From NCBI GenBank assembly GCA_964016885.1, contig OZ024763.1, positions 25,668,001 to 25,732,000 of the forward strand: a stretch of DNA of 64,000 bases, in the 5' to 3' direction. A program made the position numbers and the translations under genes. Of the stretch, positions 44,491 to 57,390 are shown in pieces (position 1 is the first letter of the stretch; every line of letters begins with the position of its first letter). The notes under the pieces are model-generated. The model saw only the letters and a program-made list of their open reading frames with translations. It searched no databases and was not told the DNA's origin. The DNA is from Eledone cirrhosa. Taxonomy: Eukaryota.

Positions 44491-44667
44491 AATATGGTTT
44501 TATAAATATAGTTTCCATTTATTTAATATTGTAAATATACTCCAAATTTTTGTCGAGTGCTTTTATATCAGTTATAAATATTTACTAGTTGTAACCCAAC
44601 AATTTTAAATATAACTTTCCATGTATATATATATATATATATATGTGTATATGTGTATATATATATA

Positions 44668-44882
44668 ATCATCATCATCATTTAACGTCCATCTTCCACA
44701 CTAGCATGGGTTTGGACAGGAATTTTCCCACTTGAGGCAAGATTGGTTGTCTTGCTCGTATAGGACTGTCTGGCGGGTTTTCTATGGCTGGATGCCCTTC
44801 CTAACACCAACCACGTTTACAGTGTGGACTGAGAGGTTTTTACTGTGGTACCTACACGGCCACATTACAGCGTGGACTGTGT
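44668..44882 (-). mobile_element. family C 3' UTR fragment
   Basis: Reverse complement of 22620-22836. Confidence 0.8.
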
Positions 44883-44915
<33 letters not shown>

Positions 44916-45102
44916 ATTGTTATACTTGGGGAGGGTCATATTGTTATAATATTGCCAGAAATAATAACAGAACACACTCACTGTTTGGTTGGTTTTCGCT
45001 TCTGTATCTTTTATATCTCCATAGTTAATTTATTTGGCAATCAATGTTTATCATTGATTGACCAGCGGTTAAAAATACAGATATAAATATATATATATAG
45101 TC

Positions 45103-45146
45103 TATCAAAGTTCTTTCGTTGCACATCTGCGACATCATCAGTGGTA
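45103..45146 (-). ncRNA. slightly decayed hammerhead motif
   Basis: TACCA-CTGATGA-T-GTCGCA-GATG-TGCAAC-GAAAG-AA-CTT-TGATA; single mismatches in stems I and II. Confidence 0.55.
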
Positions 45147-45344
45147 TTATGTTTCCTCCAATTGACAATATATATATATATATATATATATATTCTCTAA
45201 AATGACTGATAAACACGTTTTTTTTTTTCTCTTCTCACTCGCTATCTTTCTATTTCATCTTTTATTTCTCATCCTATCATCTGATGAAGGACTAGTGTCT
45301 GAAATGTACGTAAAAACTCTTCCTACATATCAAGCATTAATATC

Positions 45345-45530
45345 TGGATTGGCAGTATCGGTAGAGGGTCGGGCGCCATGTTTTGTAGCACAGAGTTACG
45401 GCCCTTTACGGTCTGAGTTCAAATCCCGCCGAGGTTAACTTTGCCTTTCATCCTTACGAGGTCGATAGAATAAAGTACCAGCAATGCACTGGGATAATTG
45501 CTGGCCTTGTGCCAAAAGTAGAAACAATTA
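45345..45530 (+). mobile_element. family A SINE
   Basis: Same core. Confidence 0.85.
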
Positions 45531-45946
45531 ATATATATATATAAGTTTATCCCGGCTTCAATCGGGGGTAACCACAGTAAGTAAGGTACTCAATACTTAG
45601 CAGAGTATAAATATTTAATATATAATATAGAAATGGCTTCTACAGGACTAGAACTGTTTCATTCGGGAGAAATCATCAGGAAATCATCTAGTCCTGTAGA
45701 AGCCATTTCTATATTATATATTATATATTATATATATATATGTATATATTATATATATATATATGTATATATTATATATATACATTTTACTCACTTTCTT
45801 GCCCTATAATCTATTTTTGTAACTGCAAACTTTTAGCTTTACCATGCTTTTCCTTCATATCTCTCATAAGCTTTCATGGATATGAATTCCCTATTCTTCT
45901 GGGTTTTGGCTTGTTCTGGCCGTTAATGCTTCTTATCTGTTTAATT

Positions 45947-45987
45947 GCCCTGATGAGTCCTTATTAATGGGACGAAACATTGTAGGC
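45947..45987 (+). ncRNA. canonical-core type I hammerhead ribozyme motif
   Basis: GCC-CTGATGA-GTCC-TTATTAATG-GGAC-GAAAC-ATT-GTA-GGC; all core nucleotides intact, predicted cleavage after GUA (45984), AATAAA at 45989. Confidence 0.85.
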
Positions 45988-46131
45988 TAATAAAGACTTT
46001 TGATGTATTGAAGGCTTCTTTGTCTATTTTTATAATTTTTTGGCTCTGTTGTATTACATTGAGCTATATCCTATACTGTCATTTCTATAATACGAGTGTG
46101 TTTTACTCCAACGCACTCTAGTATTTTAATT

Positions 46132-46165
<34 letters not shown>

Positions 46166-46167
<2 letters not shown>

Positions 46168-46436
46168 AGGTCGTGTAGGTGTCACAACAAAAAAAAAACA
46201 AAAAAACTACAGTTCACGCTGTAATGTAGTCATGTAGGTAACACGGTAAAAAGCTCCCAGTCCACACTGTAAATGTGGTTGGTGTTAGGAAGGGTATCTA
46301 GCCATAGAAAACCTGCCAGATAGTCCTATACAAGTGAGACGTGGTCACCTGGTCAATCTTGCCTCAAATGGGTCAATTCCTGTCTAACCCATGCTAGCGG
46401 GGAAGATAAACGTTAAACGCTGTTGATGATGATGAC
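46166..46436 (+). mobile_element. family C 3' UTR fragment
   Basis: Colinear with 22585-22836. Confidence 0.75.
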
Positions 46437-46514
46437 AATGTGTGTGAAGGTGGGTGGCTGAGTGGTTAGAGAATTGGCTTCACAATCACGAGGTTGTGTG
46501 CTTGATTTCCTGAC

Positions 46515-47950
46515 ACAACAAGGACCACATGAAAAGTGCACAGTATACCTAAGATTACAGTGGTTAGAAATATCTAGAATGTTTGGTTGAAACTGTTAGT
46601 GTGTAGAGATGAATTTTCCTGACTCTTCGGAAAGGTTGTTTAGATTGGCACAAGAACCATGTGAAAGGTGCTAGATATATCTAAGACTATAGTGGTTGGA
46701 AGTTTCTAGAATGTTTGGCAAAAGATGTTGGGATACAGAGGTGAATTTTCCTGACTATAGAAATCTTGTTTAGCAAACACCATATAAAAGGTGCTAGCTA
46801 TTTAAAGCTTACAGAGGCTTGACTCTACAGAAAGCTTGTTTCATTGGCACAGCAAGAATTGTATAAAACGTGCTAGATATATCTAAGGATACAGTAGTTA
46901 TTGGTTTGAACATTGGTGTATAGAGGCTTAATTTCCTGAGTCTACGGATGGCCTTTTTTGTTTGGTGCAGCGAGAACCACACAGAAGGTGCTAGCTATTT
47001 AAAGCTGCAGAAGATAGCTTGATACCTAGCAATCCAAATACAGTGGTTATTGGTTTGAATATTTGGTTAAGAATGTTGGTGTATAGAGGCTTAATTTCCT
47101 GACCATAAAGAAAATGCTGGCAACTTAAAGCAACAAAGGCTTGGTTCTACAGAAAGCTTGTTTCCTTCGCACAGCAAGAATTGTGTAAAAAGTGCTAGAT
47201 ATATCTAAGGATACAGTGGCTAGTTGTTTGAGTATTTGGTTGAAAATGTTGGCATATAGAGGTGAACTTTCCTGACTCTACACATTACCTTAGAAAATGT
47301 GCTAGATATACCATATTTCCTGGCGCCGAAAAAGCTTTGTCCTCGAGGATACACCCTAATTTTAACAACCAAAACTTTGAAAAACAAATAATAAACAATC
47401 TTCGGCCTCCAGGACGCATGGTAGATTTTTGAGACTTATTTTAAGAAAAAAGTAGCGTCTTCGACCCCGGGAAATATGGTACATTAGCGTCACTGTTGTT
47501 ACTCGGTAGAGCGTTAGACCCCCCTGCTATGCAGCATATAGTTATGTCCCTTTATGTTCTGAGTTCAAATCCTGCTGAGGTTAGCAGGGTCATAGAAGCA
47601 GTCTTTAAGCACACCTTCCAGTGGTTCCTGTCAAAAGCAGCCGTCTCCAATTGATCTGGCTGGATTCCCAAGCGACACCAGCTGAATCCATAGATGTTAT
47701 GCGGCCTCTAGGACACATGGTAGATTTTTGACGCTTACTTTAGGGGAAAAGTAGCATCTTCGATGCCGGGAAAAACGGTATCTAAGGATACAGTGGTTAT
47801 TAGTTTGAACATATGGTTAAGAATGTTGGTGTATAGAGGCTTAATTTCCTGAGTCTATGGATGGCTTTTTTGCTTGGTGCAGCGAGAACCATACAGAAGG
47901 TGCTAGCTACTTAAAGCTGCAGAAGATAGCTTGATACCTAGCAATCCAAA
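46515..47950. repeat. old degenerate tandem repeat interrupted by MITE/SINE fragments
   Basis: Recurrent GTGCTAGATATATCTAAGGATACAGTGG and TATAGAGG..AATTTCCTGA motifs. Confidence 0.7.
47311..47479. mobile_element. pogo/Tigger-like MITE
   Basis: TA-CCATATTTCCTGG...CCGGGAAATATGG-TA: TIRs with TA target duplication; partial copy at ~47700-47780. Confidence 0.7.
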
Positions 47951-48293
47951 TATTGGCAGAGGAACAATGAGCTGCTGAATAATGATGATGATGATAACAA
48001 CAATAATAATAATAACAATGGTAATAATAATAAATTTTAATGTTCTTGTTATGTTATGTAAACCATGGAATATGTGGCAGTTGGGAGGTGAGGTGCTGGG
48101 GTGGAGGGAGGTGGTGAGAGTGAGGAGCAGGGTGTTGGAACTTTGCAATTTTTCAGAATGTGTGATCCCAGGTTTGTTGTATAAGCTAGTGTAATGAATA
48201 TTTTATTGATCTGTCAGTTTGTCTGTCTGTCTGTTTGTCTGACTGTCTGTTTGTCTGTCTGTCTGTCTGTTTGTCCATCTGTCTATACAGCTA

Positions 48294-48326
<33 letters not shown>

Positions 48327-49454
48327 ATATATCTCTCTATCTCCATCTATCTCCCTTACCATTCTACCCCTCTATCTATTTATGTCTAATTCTCTCTCTC
48401 TATTTATCCATCCATCTACCTGTTTGTCCTTTCATTTATCTCTATCTATCTACCCATCTATCTATCTATCTATCATCCTCTCTAACCCCACCACTCACTT
48501 CACACTCACCACCACAACCACCACCTCTATCTATCTATATCTATCTATCCACCTCCCTCTCCCTACATGTCACGCCCCCCTCTCCACCCCCTACTTCACA
48601 CTCCCCACCATCACCTATCTCCCTACCTGTCAGCCCCCACCACCACCACTCATTTCACCTCCCCACCACCACCACAATCACCACCACTCACTTCACCTCC
48701 CCACCACCACCACCACAATCACCACCACTCACTTCACCTCCCCACCACCACCACCACAATCACCACCACTCACTTCACCTCCCCACCACCACCGCCGCCA
48801 CCACCATTTCTATCTATCAATACATCCTTCCCAATACTTCCTCATCAATAAATTATGTAAACCAATATTTATTGCTGTTCACCATTCCACACTTCTTGAA
48901 TGCCAAAAGACCTTTTCCACCATGTTGTACGCCCCCCTCCTTCCTCATCTTCCTTCCTCTTCTTCTCTTTCGTCTCCTTCTCACTTCTTCCTCTTACTTC
49001 CACCATTATGCATCCCCTCTTCTGCCTCTTCCCATCCTCTTCCTTCCCCTTCCCTTTTCCCTTTCCTTCCTCCCCTTCCACCATTATGCATCTCCTCTTC
49101 TCCCTTCCTCTTCCTTGTCCTTCTTTCTCTCCTCTTTCTCCCCCTCCCCTTCCTCCCCCCTCCTTTCTTCCTTTCCCTTCCCCTTATCCTTATCCTCTTC
49201 CTTCTCTTCTTATCTTCCTCTTTCTACTCCTCCTCCTCCTTCCCACTTCTCCTTCTCCTTCTCTCTCCCTCTTTTTCCTCTCTCTTCACTTCTCACTTCT
49301 TTCCTCTCTCTGTCTCTCTTCCTTCCCCCTCTCTCTATCTATCTTCCTCTCTATACCTCTCACCCTGTCTCTCTCTCTCTTTCTCTCTCTCTACCTTTCT
49401 CTTTCTCTTTCTCTCTTTACCTTTCTCTCTCTTTATCTCCCTCTTTATACCTCA

Positions 49455-49945
49455 TACCAGTCACGTACTGGGGTTGGTTTAATTGACTTTCTTCTCCCCC
49501 AAAATTGCTGGCCTTGTGCCTAAATAAGAAACCATTATTATTATTATTATTGTTAGGGTGGTGGATTGGCAGTATCGGTAGAGGGTCGGACGCCATGCTT
49601 TGCAGCATAGAGTTACGTCTCTTTATGATCTGAGTTCAAATCCCGCCGAGGTTAACTTTGCCTTTCATCCTTACGGGGTCGATAAAATAAAGTACCAGTA
49701 ATACACTGGGATAATTGCTGGCCTTGTGCCAAACATAGAAACAATTATTATTATTGTTAGGGTGGTGGATTGGCAGTATCGGAATAGGGCCAGATGCCAG
49801 CATAGAGTTACGCCCCTTTATGTTCTGGGTTCAAATCCAGCCACAGTTAGTGTCGCCATTCATCCTTATGGGGTTGATAAAAGTACCAGTAATATACTGT
49901 GGTAATTGCTGACTTTGTGCCAAAAGTAGAAACATTTATTACTAT
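49455..49945 (+). mobile_element. tandem family A SINEs
   Basis: Three partial or full copies. Confidence 0.85.
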
Positions 49946-50036
49946 TGTTGTTATCAACAAACCATCTGCCATATTCAATATATGATCAGAAAACAAAATA
50001 TGCAAACAAACTTTAAAAATACATTCTGATGTGCGT

Positions 50037-50037
<1 letters not shown>

Positions 50038-50068
<31 letters not shown>

Positions 50069-50361
50069 TTTACGTCCGCTTTTCCCTGCTTGCAAGGGTG
50101 GGACGGGAACTGATTCTGGCTTGATTTCTACAGCTGGATGCTCTTCCTAACACCAACCTCATTTACAGTGAGTGCTGGGTGCTTTTTTGCCGTGGCACCT
50201 CCACGACCACTTTGCAGTGGAATGATTTGAACCCCAGTCCCTTGAGTAAACTGGAGCAATGTGAAATAAAGTGTCTTGCTCAAGGAAACAACACATCACC
50301 CGGTCTGAGAATTGAACTCACAACCTTACGATTGCAAGGTCAATGCTCTAACCACTAAGCC

Positions 50362-50362
<1 letters not shown>
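50038..50362 (-). mobile_element. SINE family B
   Basis: Near-identical to 27733 with a small internal deletion. Confidence 0.85.
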
Positions 50363-50392
<30 letters not shown>

Positions 50393-50768
50393 CAGTGCAT
50401 CTTCGCTTATCCGGATATCGCTTTTCCGAAATTTGATTTACCGGACGGCTATTTCTATACTACTATTTATTCATTTTTAAAAAAGTACTAACTTTTTATG
50501 GTTTGACTCAATTCAGTTTTACCAAGTTTTTAGTTATTCTTATGTTTAATTAATTTTCTTATAAATTCTAGCTGTTCTTTTCTTATTCTAATAAACTTTC
50601 TTTACTTAGCATTTGTCTTTTATTTTGACTAAAAGAAGCCAAAACATTAGAAACCGCGAGCATTATGTAACAATGGGATTTTAGAATTCACTTATCCGGA
50701 TATTTCACTTAACTGGATCTTTTTCTAACTGTTTGGTTTTGACCGTCCGGATAAGCGAAGATTCACTG
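50393..50768. mobile_element. Tc1/mariner-superfamily (Tigger-like) MITE
   Basis: TA-CAGTGCATCTTCGCTTATCCGGA...TCCGGATAAGCGAAGATTCACTG-TA: 23-bp TIRs with one mismatch, inserted in (TA)n. Confidence 0.85.
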
Positions 50769-50868
50769 TATATATATAACCAAAGTTTATATGGTTCGTT
50801 GATTATTCAAAAAACACAATTTTACAATAGATTAGAAGCACTCGACAGAAAATTTTCTGGAGTATTTA

Positions 50869-51190
50869 ATATTATTCAAAATATTAATAAATGAAAAATA
50901 TTCTCATAATCAAAATATATATTTTATTATACATATTTCAAAGGTACAATGGTGTTTAAGTATGTTTTCATCAGATAAAATATATAAGAGATTGGATATG
51001 TGACATACCGCTACGGTTACTATTGGAATTGAATAATCAAAACCATAGCGGTATGTCACATATCCAATCTCTTATATATTTTATCTGATGATAACGTTTT
51101 TAAACACCATTGTACCTTTGAAATATGTATAATAAAATATATATTTTGATTATGAGAATATTTTTCATTTATTAATATTTTGAATAATAT
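50869..51190. repeat. ~150-bp-arm inverted repeat carrying a hammerhead-like motif in each arm (50917-50985 -, 51074-51142 +)
   Basis: Arms nearly perfectly complementary; ATATATTTTAT-CTGATGA...GAAA-TATGTA-TA-ATAAAATATAT (11-bp stem I; stem II poorly paired). Confidence 0.8.
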
Positions 51191-51199
51191 ATGTATATA

Positions 51200-51737
51200 T
51201 GATTGGCAGTATCGGTAGAGGGTCGGACGCCATGCTTTGACGCATAGAGTTACAGCCCTTGCCATTCTGACTTCAAATCCCGCCGAGGTTAGCTTTGCCT
51301 TTCATCCTTATGGGGTCGATAAAATAAAGTACCAGTAATGTACTGGGTAATTGATGGCCTTGTGCCTAAAGTAGAAACAATTATTACCTTATATCATCAT
51401 CATCATCATTTCATTTTACGTCCGCTTTTCCCTGCTTGCAAGGGTGGGATGGGAACTGATTCTGGCTTGATTTCTACAGCTGGATACCCTTCCTAACACC
51501 AACCTCATTTACAGTGAGTGCTGGGTGCTTTTTTGCCGTGGCACCTCCACGACCACTTTGCAGTGGAATGATATGGACCCCAGTCCCTATCATCTCATTT
51601 CTACAGCTGAGTAAACTGGAGCAATGTGAAATAAAGTGTCTTGCTCAAGGAAACAACACATCATCCAGTCTGAGAATTGAACTCACAACCTTTCGATTGC
51701 AAGGCCAATGCTCTAACCACTAAGCCATGTGCCTCCA
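51200..51737. mobile_element. family A SINE (+, 51200-51386) tail-to-tail with family B SINE (-, 51394-51737)
   Basis: Matches to the other copies. Confidence 0.85.
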
Positions 51738-52099
51738 TATATATATATATAATAAAAATAGGATTTCGTTTGAAGCATAACATTATACAAATATGCATAG
51801 AAATTTCGTATTTCTAAAGAGACACGGTTTTAGGAAGCTTATATATATGTATGTATATAGGAAAAGAGTCAGGACCCCGACAGCTGAGCTACGAACGTTT
51901 CGACAGCTAGATCCTAACTTTTCTATTACCCACTCTACTACCCTAAGTATTGAGTACTCTGGTGCGTTATGGTACACCTTGTATCTTACCACACCCTCCT
52001 TGTTATATATATATGGATATGTATGAATATATCTGTGTATATATACATGTATGTATGTATGTATGTATTTATGTATGTGTGTGTATATGTGTGCATATA

Positions 52100-52130
<31 letters not shown>

Positions 52131-52773
52131 GTGTATATATATATATGTATGTGTGTATGTGTGCATATATATACATATATGTATATACTTTGATATGTGT
52201 ATGTGTATACATATGCACACACATGTACACACACATGTACTTACACATACACATTCATACATACAGTGATGTAATGTTAGCCACATATACACACACTTTC
52301 ATTATGACTTAGTGATGTAATCTTTTAGCTACACACGCACACACTCTTACATTTACACACTGTGTGATGTAATTGTTAGTCACACTTTCACACACTGAGT
52401 GTTGCATTCCTCATTTACACACACAATCAATCATACACTTGCATTCATATTCTCAGTGATGTAATAATTAATTCCCCACACACTCTCACACACACACACA
52501 CACCTGTGCACAGAAACATTGCCTTGCACACATACATATATGCATAAATTCATACATACATACATACATACATACATACATACATAAACACATTGTTCTT
52601 TTTTTGTTACATCCTCTGTTTTTTTGTTTTTTTTACACGCAGAAATGCCCATTTGTACCGTCCTGTATTGTCCTGTACTGTCCTTAATGTCTACTTTGTG
52701 TAAACCCTTGTGGTTAATAAAGAAAGCATTTTATATATATCGCAGAAAGCATTATTATATATATATATATATA

Positions 52774-53002
52774 TCACATTGCTCCAATTTACTCAGCTGT
52801 AGAAATGAGATGATAGGGACTGGGGTCCCTATCATTCCACTGCAAAGTGGTCGTGGAGGTACCACGGCCAAAAAGCACCCAGCACTCACTGTAAATGAGG
52901 TTGATGTTAGGAAGGGCATCCAGCTGTAGAAATCAAGCCAGAATCAGTTCCCGTCCCACCATTGTAAGCAGGGAAAAGTGGACGTAAAATGATGATGATG
53001 AT
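52774..53002 (+). mobile_element. 5'-truncated SINE family B
   Basis: Matches the 3' two-thirds of the family B consensus seen in window. Confidence 0.8.
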
Positions 53003-53257
53003 AGATATATATATATACACACACACATACATATATAGATAGATACACACATATATACACACATACAAGCATGCATACACACAATCACACATACATACAC
53101 ACATATATACATACACTCAGCCTCGCACACACACTCACACACTCACAGTGTTGCATTCAACTTACACATCTGCACACACACACACACACACACCTATATA
53201 CATATATAGATATACTTATTTATTTACACACATACACAAGATCTTTGGCGCTACACA

Positions 53258-54912
53258 GTAGTAGAGAAGACCCGCCTTACCTAAGTACAAAGTGAAACCT
53301 ACTATAGTCAGAAGGCACCTCTAACAAATTACACCCCCGTCCCACTACCGCCACCCCATCCACACCACCCCTTTCAATGTAAAGTTATGTTGGTGTCACA
53401 ACATCCAGCCCGAAACAAATGAGATCGTGTAGGTGTCACAACAAAAAAACACACAGTCCACGCTGTAATGTGGCCGTGTAGGTAACACGGTAAAAACCTC
53501 CCAGTTCCACACTGTAAATGTGGTTGGTGTTAGGAAGGGCATCCAGCTGTAGAAAACCCGCCAGACAGTCCACGCTGTAATGTGGCCGTGTAGGCAACAC
53601 GGTAAAAACCTCCCAGTTCCACACTGTAAATGTGGTTGGTGTTAGGAAGGGCATCCAGCTGTAGAAAACCCGCCAGACAGTCCATGCTGTAATGTGGCCG
53701 TGTAGGCAACACGGTAAAAACCTCCCAGTTCCACACTGTAAATGTGGTTGGTGTTAGGAAGGGCATCCAGCTGTAGAAAACCCGCCAGACAGTCCATGCT
53801 GTAATGTGGCCGTGTAGGCAACACGGTAAAAACCTCCCAGTTCCACACTGTAAATGTGGTTGGTGTTAGGAAGGGCATCCAGCTGTAGAAAACCCGCCAG
53901 ACAGTCCACGCTGTAATGTGGCCGTGTAGGCAACACGGTAAAAACCTCCCAGTTCCACACTGTAAATGTGGTTGGTGTTAGGAAGGGCATCCAGCTGTAG
54001 AAAATCCGCCAGATAGTCCACGCTGTAATGTGGCCGTGTAGGCAACACGGTAAAAACCTCCCAGTTCCACACTGTAAATGTGGTAGGTGTTAGGAAGGGC
54101 ATCCAGCCGTAGAAAACCCGCCAGACAGTCCACGCTGTAATGTGGCCGTGTAGGCAACACGGTAAAAACCTCCCAGTTCCACACTGTAAATGTGGTTGGT
54201 GTTAGGAAGGGCATCCAACTGTAGAAAACCCGCCAGACAGTCCACGCTGTAATGTGGCCGTGTAGGCAACACGGTAAAAACCTCCCAGTTCCACACTGTA
54301 AATGTGGTTGGTGTTAGGAAGGGCATCCAACTGTAGAAAACCCGCCAGACAGTCCACGCTGTAATGTGGCCGTGTAGGCAACACGGTAAAAACCTCCCAG
54401 TTCCACACTGTAAATGTGGTTGGTGTTAGGAAGGGCATCCAACTGTAGAAAACCCGCCAGACAGTCCACGCTGTAATGTGGCCGTGTAGGCAACACGGTA
54501 AAAACCTCCCAGTTCCACACTGTAAATGTGGTTGGTGTTAGGAAGGGCATCCAACTGTAGAAAACCCGCCAGACAGTCCACGCTGTAATGTGGCCGTGTA
54601 GGCAACACAGTAAAAACCTCCCAGTTCCACACTGTAAATGTGGTTGGTGTTAGGAAGGGCATCCAACTGTAGAAAACCCGCCAGACAGTCCACGCTGTAA
54701 TGTGGCCGTGTAGGCAACACGGTAAAAACCTCCCAGTTCCACACTGTAAATGTGGTTGGTGTTAGGAAGGGCATCCAACTGTAGAAAACCCGCCAGACAG
54801 TCCTATGCGAGCAAGACAACCACTCTTGCCTCAAGTGGGAAAACTCCCGTCCAAACCCATGCAAGCGTGGAATATGGACGTTAAACCATGATGATGATGA
54901 TGATGATGATGA
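53258..54912 (+). mobile_element. family C LINE 3' fragment containing an internal tandem array
   Basis: 53258-53452 and 54800-54912 are colinear with 16470-16898. Confidence 0.85.
53453..54802. repeat. 112-bp tandem array, 12 copies
   Basis: Exact 112-bp period, visible in the repeated 78-aa ORFs. Confidence 0.97.
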
Positions 54913-55328
54913 CACACACAAGCAAACACACACACACCTACATACATGGATAAAAACACACATGTATACAAACGCACACACAGATATACTTATTCACATA
55001 CAAACACACACGGTCTGCAAGCACACACAAATACACAGACAAATATACATGTATACACACAAACACACACACACACAAATAGACAGAAAAACTTATATAC
55101 ATGTACACACACAAACACACCTACACACACACACAGAGATATACTTATATACATGTACACACATACATATCCAGACATTTACTCAAACACACCATTCAGT
55201 TCATATAATTTCCACAGACATATATAGTCATAGCACCAGCTACCTGTTTAGTCATTGTGCACTCTCTGTTAATGAATACTTTGCTTTGATGAACTAATCT
55301 TGTATTATATATATATATATATATATAA

Positions 55329-55520
55329 AGGGCGGTAGATTGACAGTAGCAGTAGCGGGTCAGATGCCATGCTTTGCAACATAGAGTTACTGCCCTTTAC
55401 GGTCTCAGTTCAAATCCCTCCGAGGTTAACTTTGCCTTTCATCCCTATGGGGATCGATAAAATAAAATAAATAATGTACTGGGATAATTGCTGGCCTTGT
55501 GCCAAAAGTAGAATCAATTA
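55329..55520 (+). mobile_element. family A SINE
   Basis: Same head and core. Confidence 0.8.
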
Positions 55521-56081
55521 TATATATATAGTATATCATCATCACTATCATCATCATCATCATCACCATCATCACCATCATCATCATTTAATGTCTATTT
55601 TTTCATGCTAACATAGGTTAGACGGGTTGTCATGTTATGAGACAAATCAAGTCTGATCTGTATTTTTGGCTTGGTTTCTATGGCTGGATGCCCTTCCTAA
55701 CACAAACCACATTATAGTGTGGACTGGGTGTTTTTTGTTGTGTCACCAGCACTATATCATCATCGTCATCATCATTGTTTAATGTCCACTTTCCATGCTA
55801 GAATGGGTGAGATGGGTTGTCCCATTTGAAGAAAGTTGGGTCAGGTGACCATATCTTGCTTATACAGAACTCTTTCTGACTTGATTTCTATGGCTGGATG
55901 CCCTTCCTAATACCAACCACATTCATAGTGTGGACTGGGTGCTTTTTGTTGTGTCACTAGAACTATTTATATGTATATATAAATGAGATATCCTTTAAGT
56001 TAATCCAAGTGGAGGTTTTGAGTACTCTGTATTGATGATAGTTTTAATGTTCGGCATTGTTTGTCTCAACAAGAAGTTTCC

Positions 56082-56311
56082 TTAATCCTTTAGCATTCAC
56101 ATTACTCTATATCTACTATTGTATTTTCGCAGTAAAGGTTTTATCTCGCATAATTATTCACATCGAATCTATGAGATTTTGATGATTTTATTATTTACTT
56201 TGAAAACAAGACCTTAACATCAGTATGAGTGGCTAGTTATGGCCGGTTTTAACAGAAAGACTGTGAGAGAATTCTGGCCGGATATGGCCAGCTTAAATGC
56301 TAAAGGGTTAA
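56082..56311. mobile_element. piggyBac-like MITE, complete
   Basis: TTAA-TCCTTTAGCATT...AATGCTAAAGGG-TTAA. Confidence 0.8.
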
Positions 56312-56482
56312 TTGGGTGGCTGATTCAAGAAAGTTCCTAGGTAAGCGGTTCTTGGAGTAATAATAGTAAATGAGTGAAGAATAACGTGGATCTGTACAGT
56401 AGGGTTTATTTAAAGTATTAACAATTGTTTCATTAATCCAGTGTGTCTAAAAATTTACTATATATATATATATGTGTGTGTG

Positions 56483-56712
56483 TATGGAAAAGGTAAACAG
56501 AAATAACACAATCAGTACAGTATATGGAAGGGATATATTAGGTTAACGCTTGATATAGCAGGAAGAGGGTCATAATGTTTCAGACGCTACTCCTTCATCA
56601 GAAGAAAGAATGAGAAATAAGATAGATTGAGGGAACGGGCGGGATGGAATTGGAAAAAAATGTCTTTAGATAAAAATAACAGGTCCATTCAAGTTGACGT
56701 CTCTTACAATAT
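56483..56712 (-). mobile_element. short hammerhead-bearing element (mutated ribozyme at 56570-56605)
   Basis: Reverse complement of the 25645/62453 family; CTGATGAAGGAGTAGCGTCTGAAACATT. Confidence 0.75.
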
Positions 56713-57072
56713 GCAGATTCCTGAGTTGTGTCCAAGTGGGGTGGTGGGTTACCACACTTAAAAGGGTTACCATATACATTGGTTAAATTGTAGGCATCTT
56801 TATTATATATAGAAATGTCTTATCATTAGGTATGATGATTCCATATGAATGAAAGAGTTCTATAGACATCATTTCTATATATAATTAAGATATATATATT
56901 ATGTATGGGAGAAAGAAAAAACATACATATATTATTGTTATTAATAACTATATCTAGCTCCCAGCTTTCAAACTTCACCCAACCTAATTCTCATGGTTCA
57001 TTAGCTACCACCCCCGACACCTCACCTTAACCCCTTACATAACAACACATTTTCATGTGTGTATATATATAT

Positions 57073-57103
<31 letters not shown>

Positions 57104-57111
<8 letters not shown>

Positions 57112-57238
57112 TAACAGATTAAAGTTTAAGCAAAGAATCGTTGCTTTCACCCTTAACATACATACATACATATATATATACATATATAAGGGTGAAAGCA
57201 GCGATTCTTTGCTTAAACTTTAATCTGTTATTTTAATA
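57104..57238. repeat. ~52-bp-arm inverted repeat around a microsatellite spacer
   Basis: 57104-57155 is complementary to 57187-57238 with one G:T mismatch. Confidence 0.85.
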
Positions 57239-57332
57239 AATATTTGCTCTACGGTTCTTATATATTTGAGATATATTTATCCGTATCAAGCCCTCTTTGG
57301 ATTTAAGTCTTCAAATTTATTATTATTATTAC

Positions 57333-57389
<57 letters not shown>

Positions 57390-57390
57390 A

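Noticed and set aside
48194-49523. 430-aa and 415-aa ORFs
   Set aside because: Pyrimidine-rich low-complexity DNA lacking stops by composition
53453-54802. Ten repeated 78-aa ORFs as a tandem peptide gene cluster
   Set aside because: The period of 112 bp is not a multiple of 3, the ORFs overlap, and the sequence is an antisense retroelement 3' UTR
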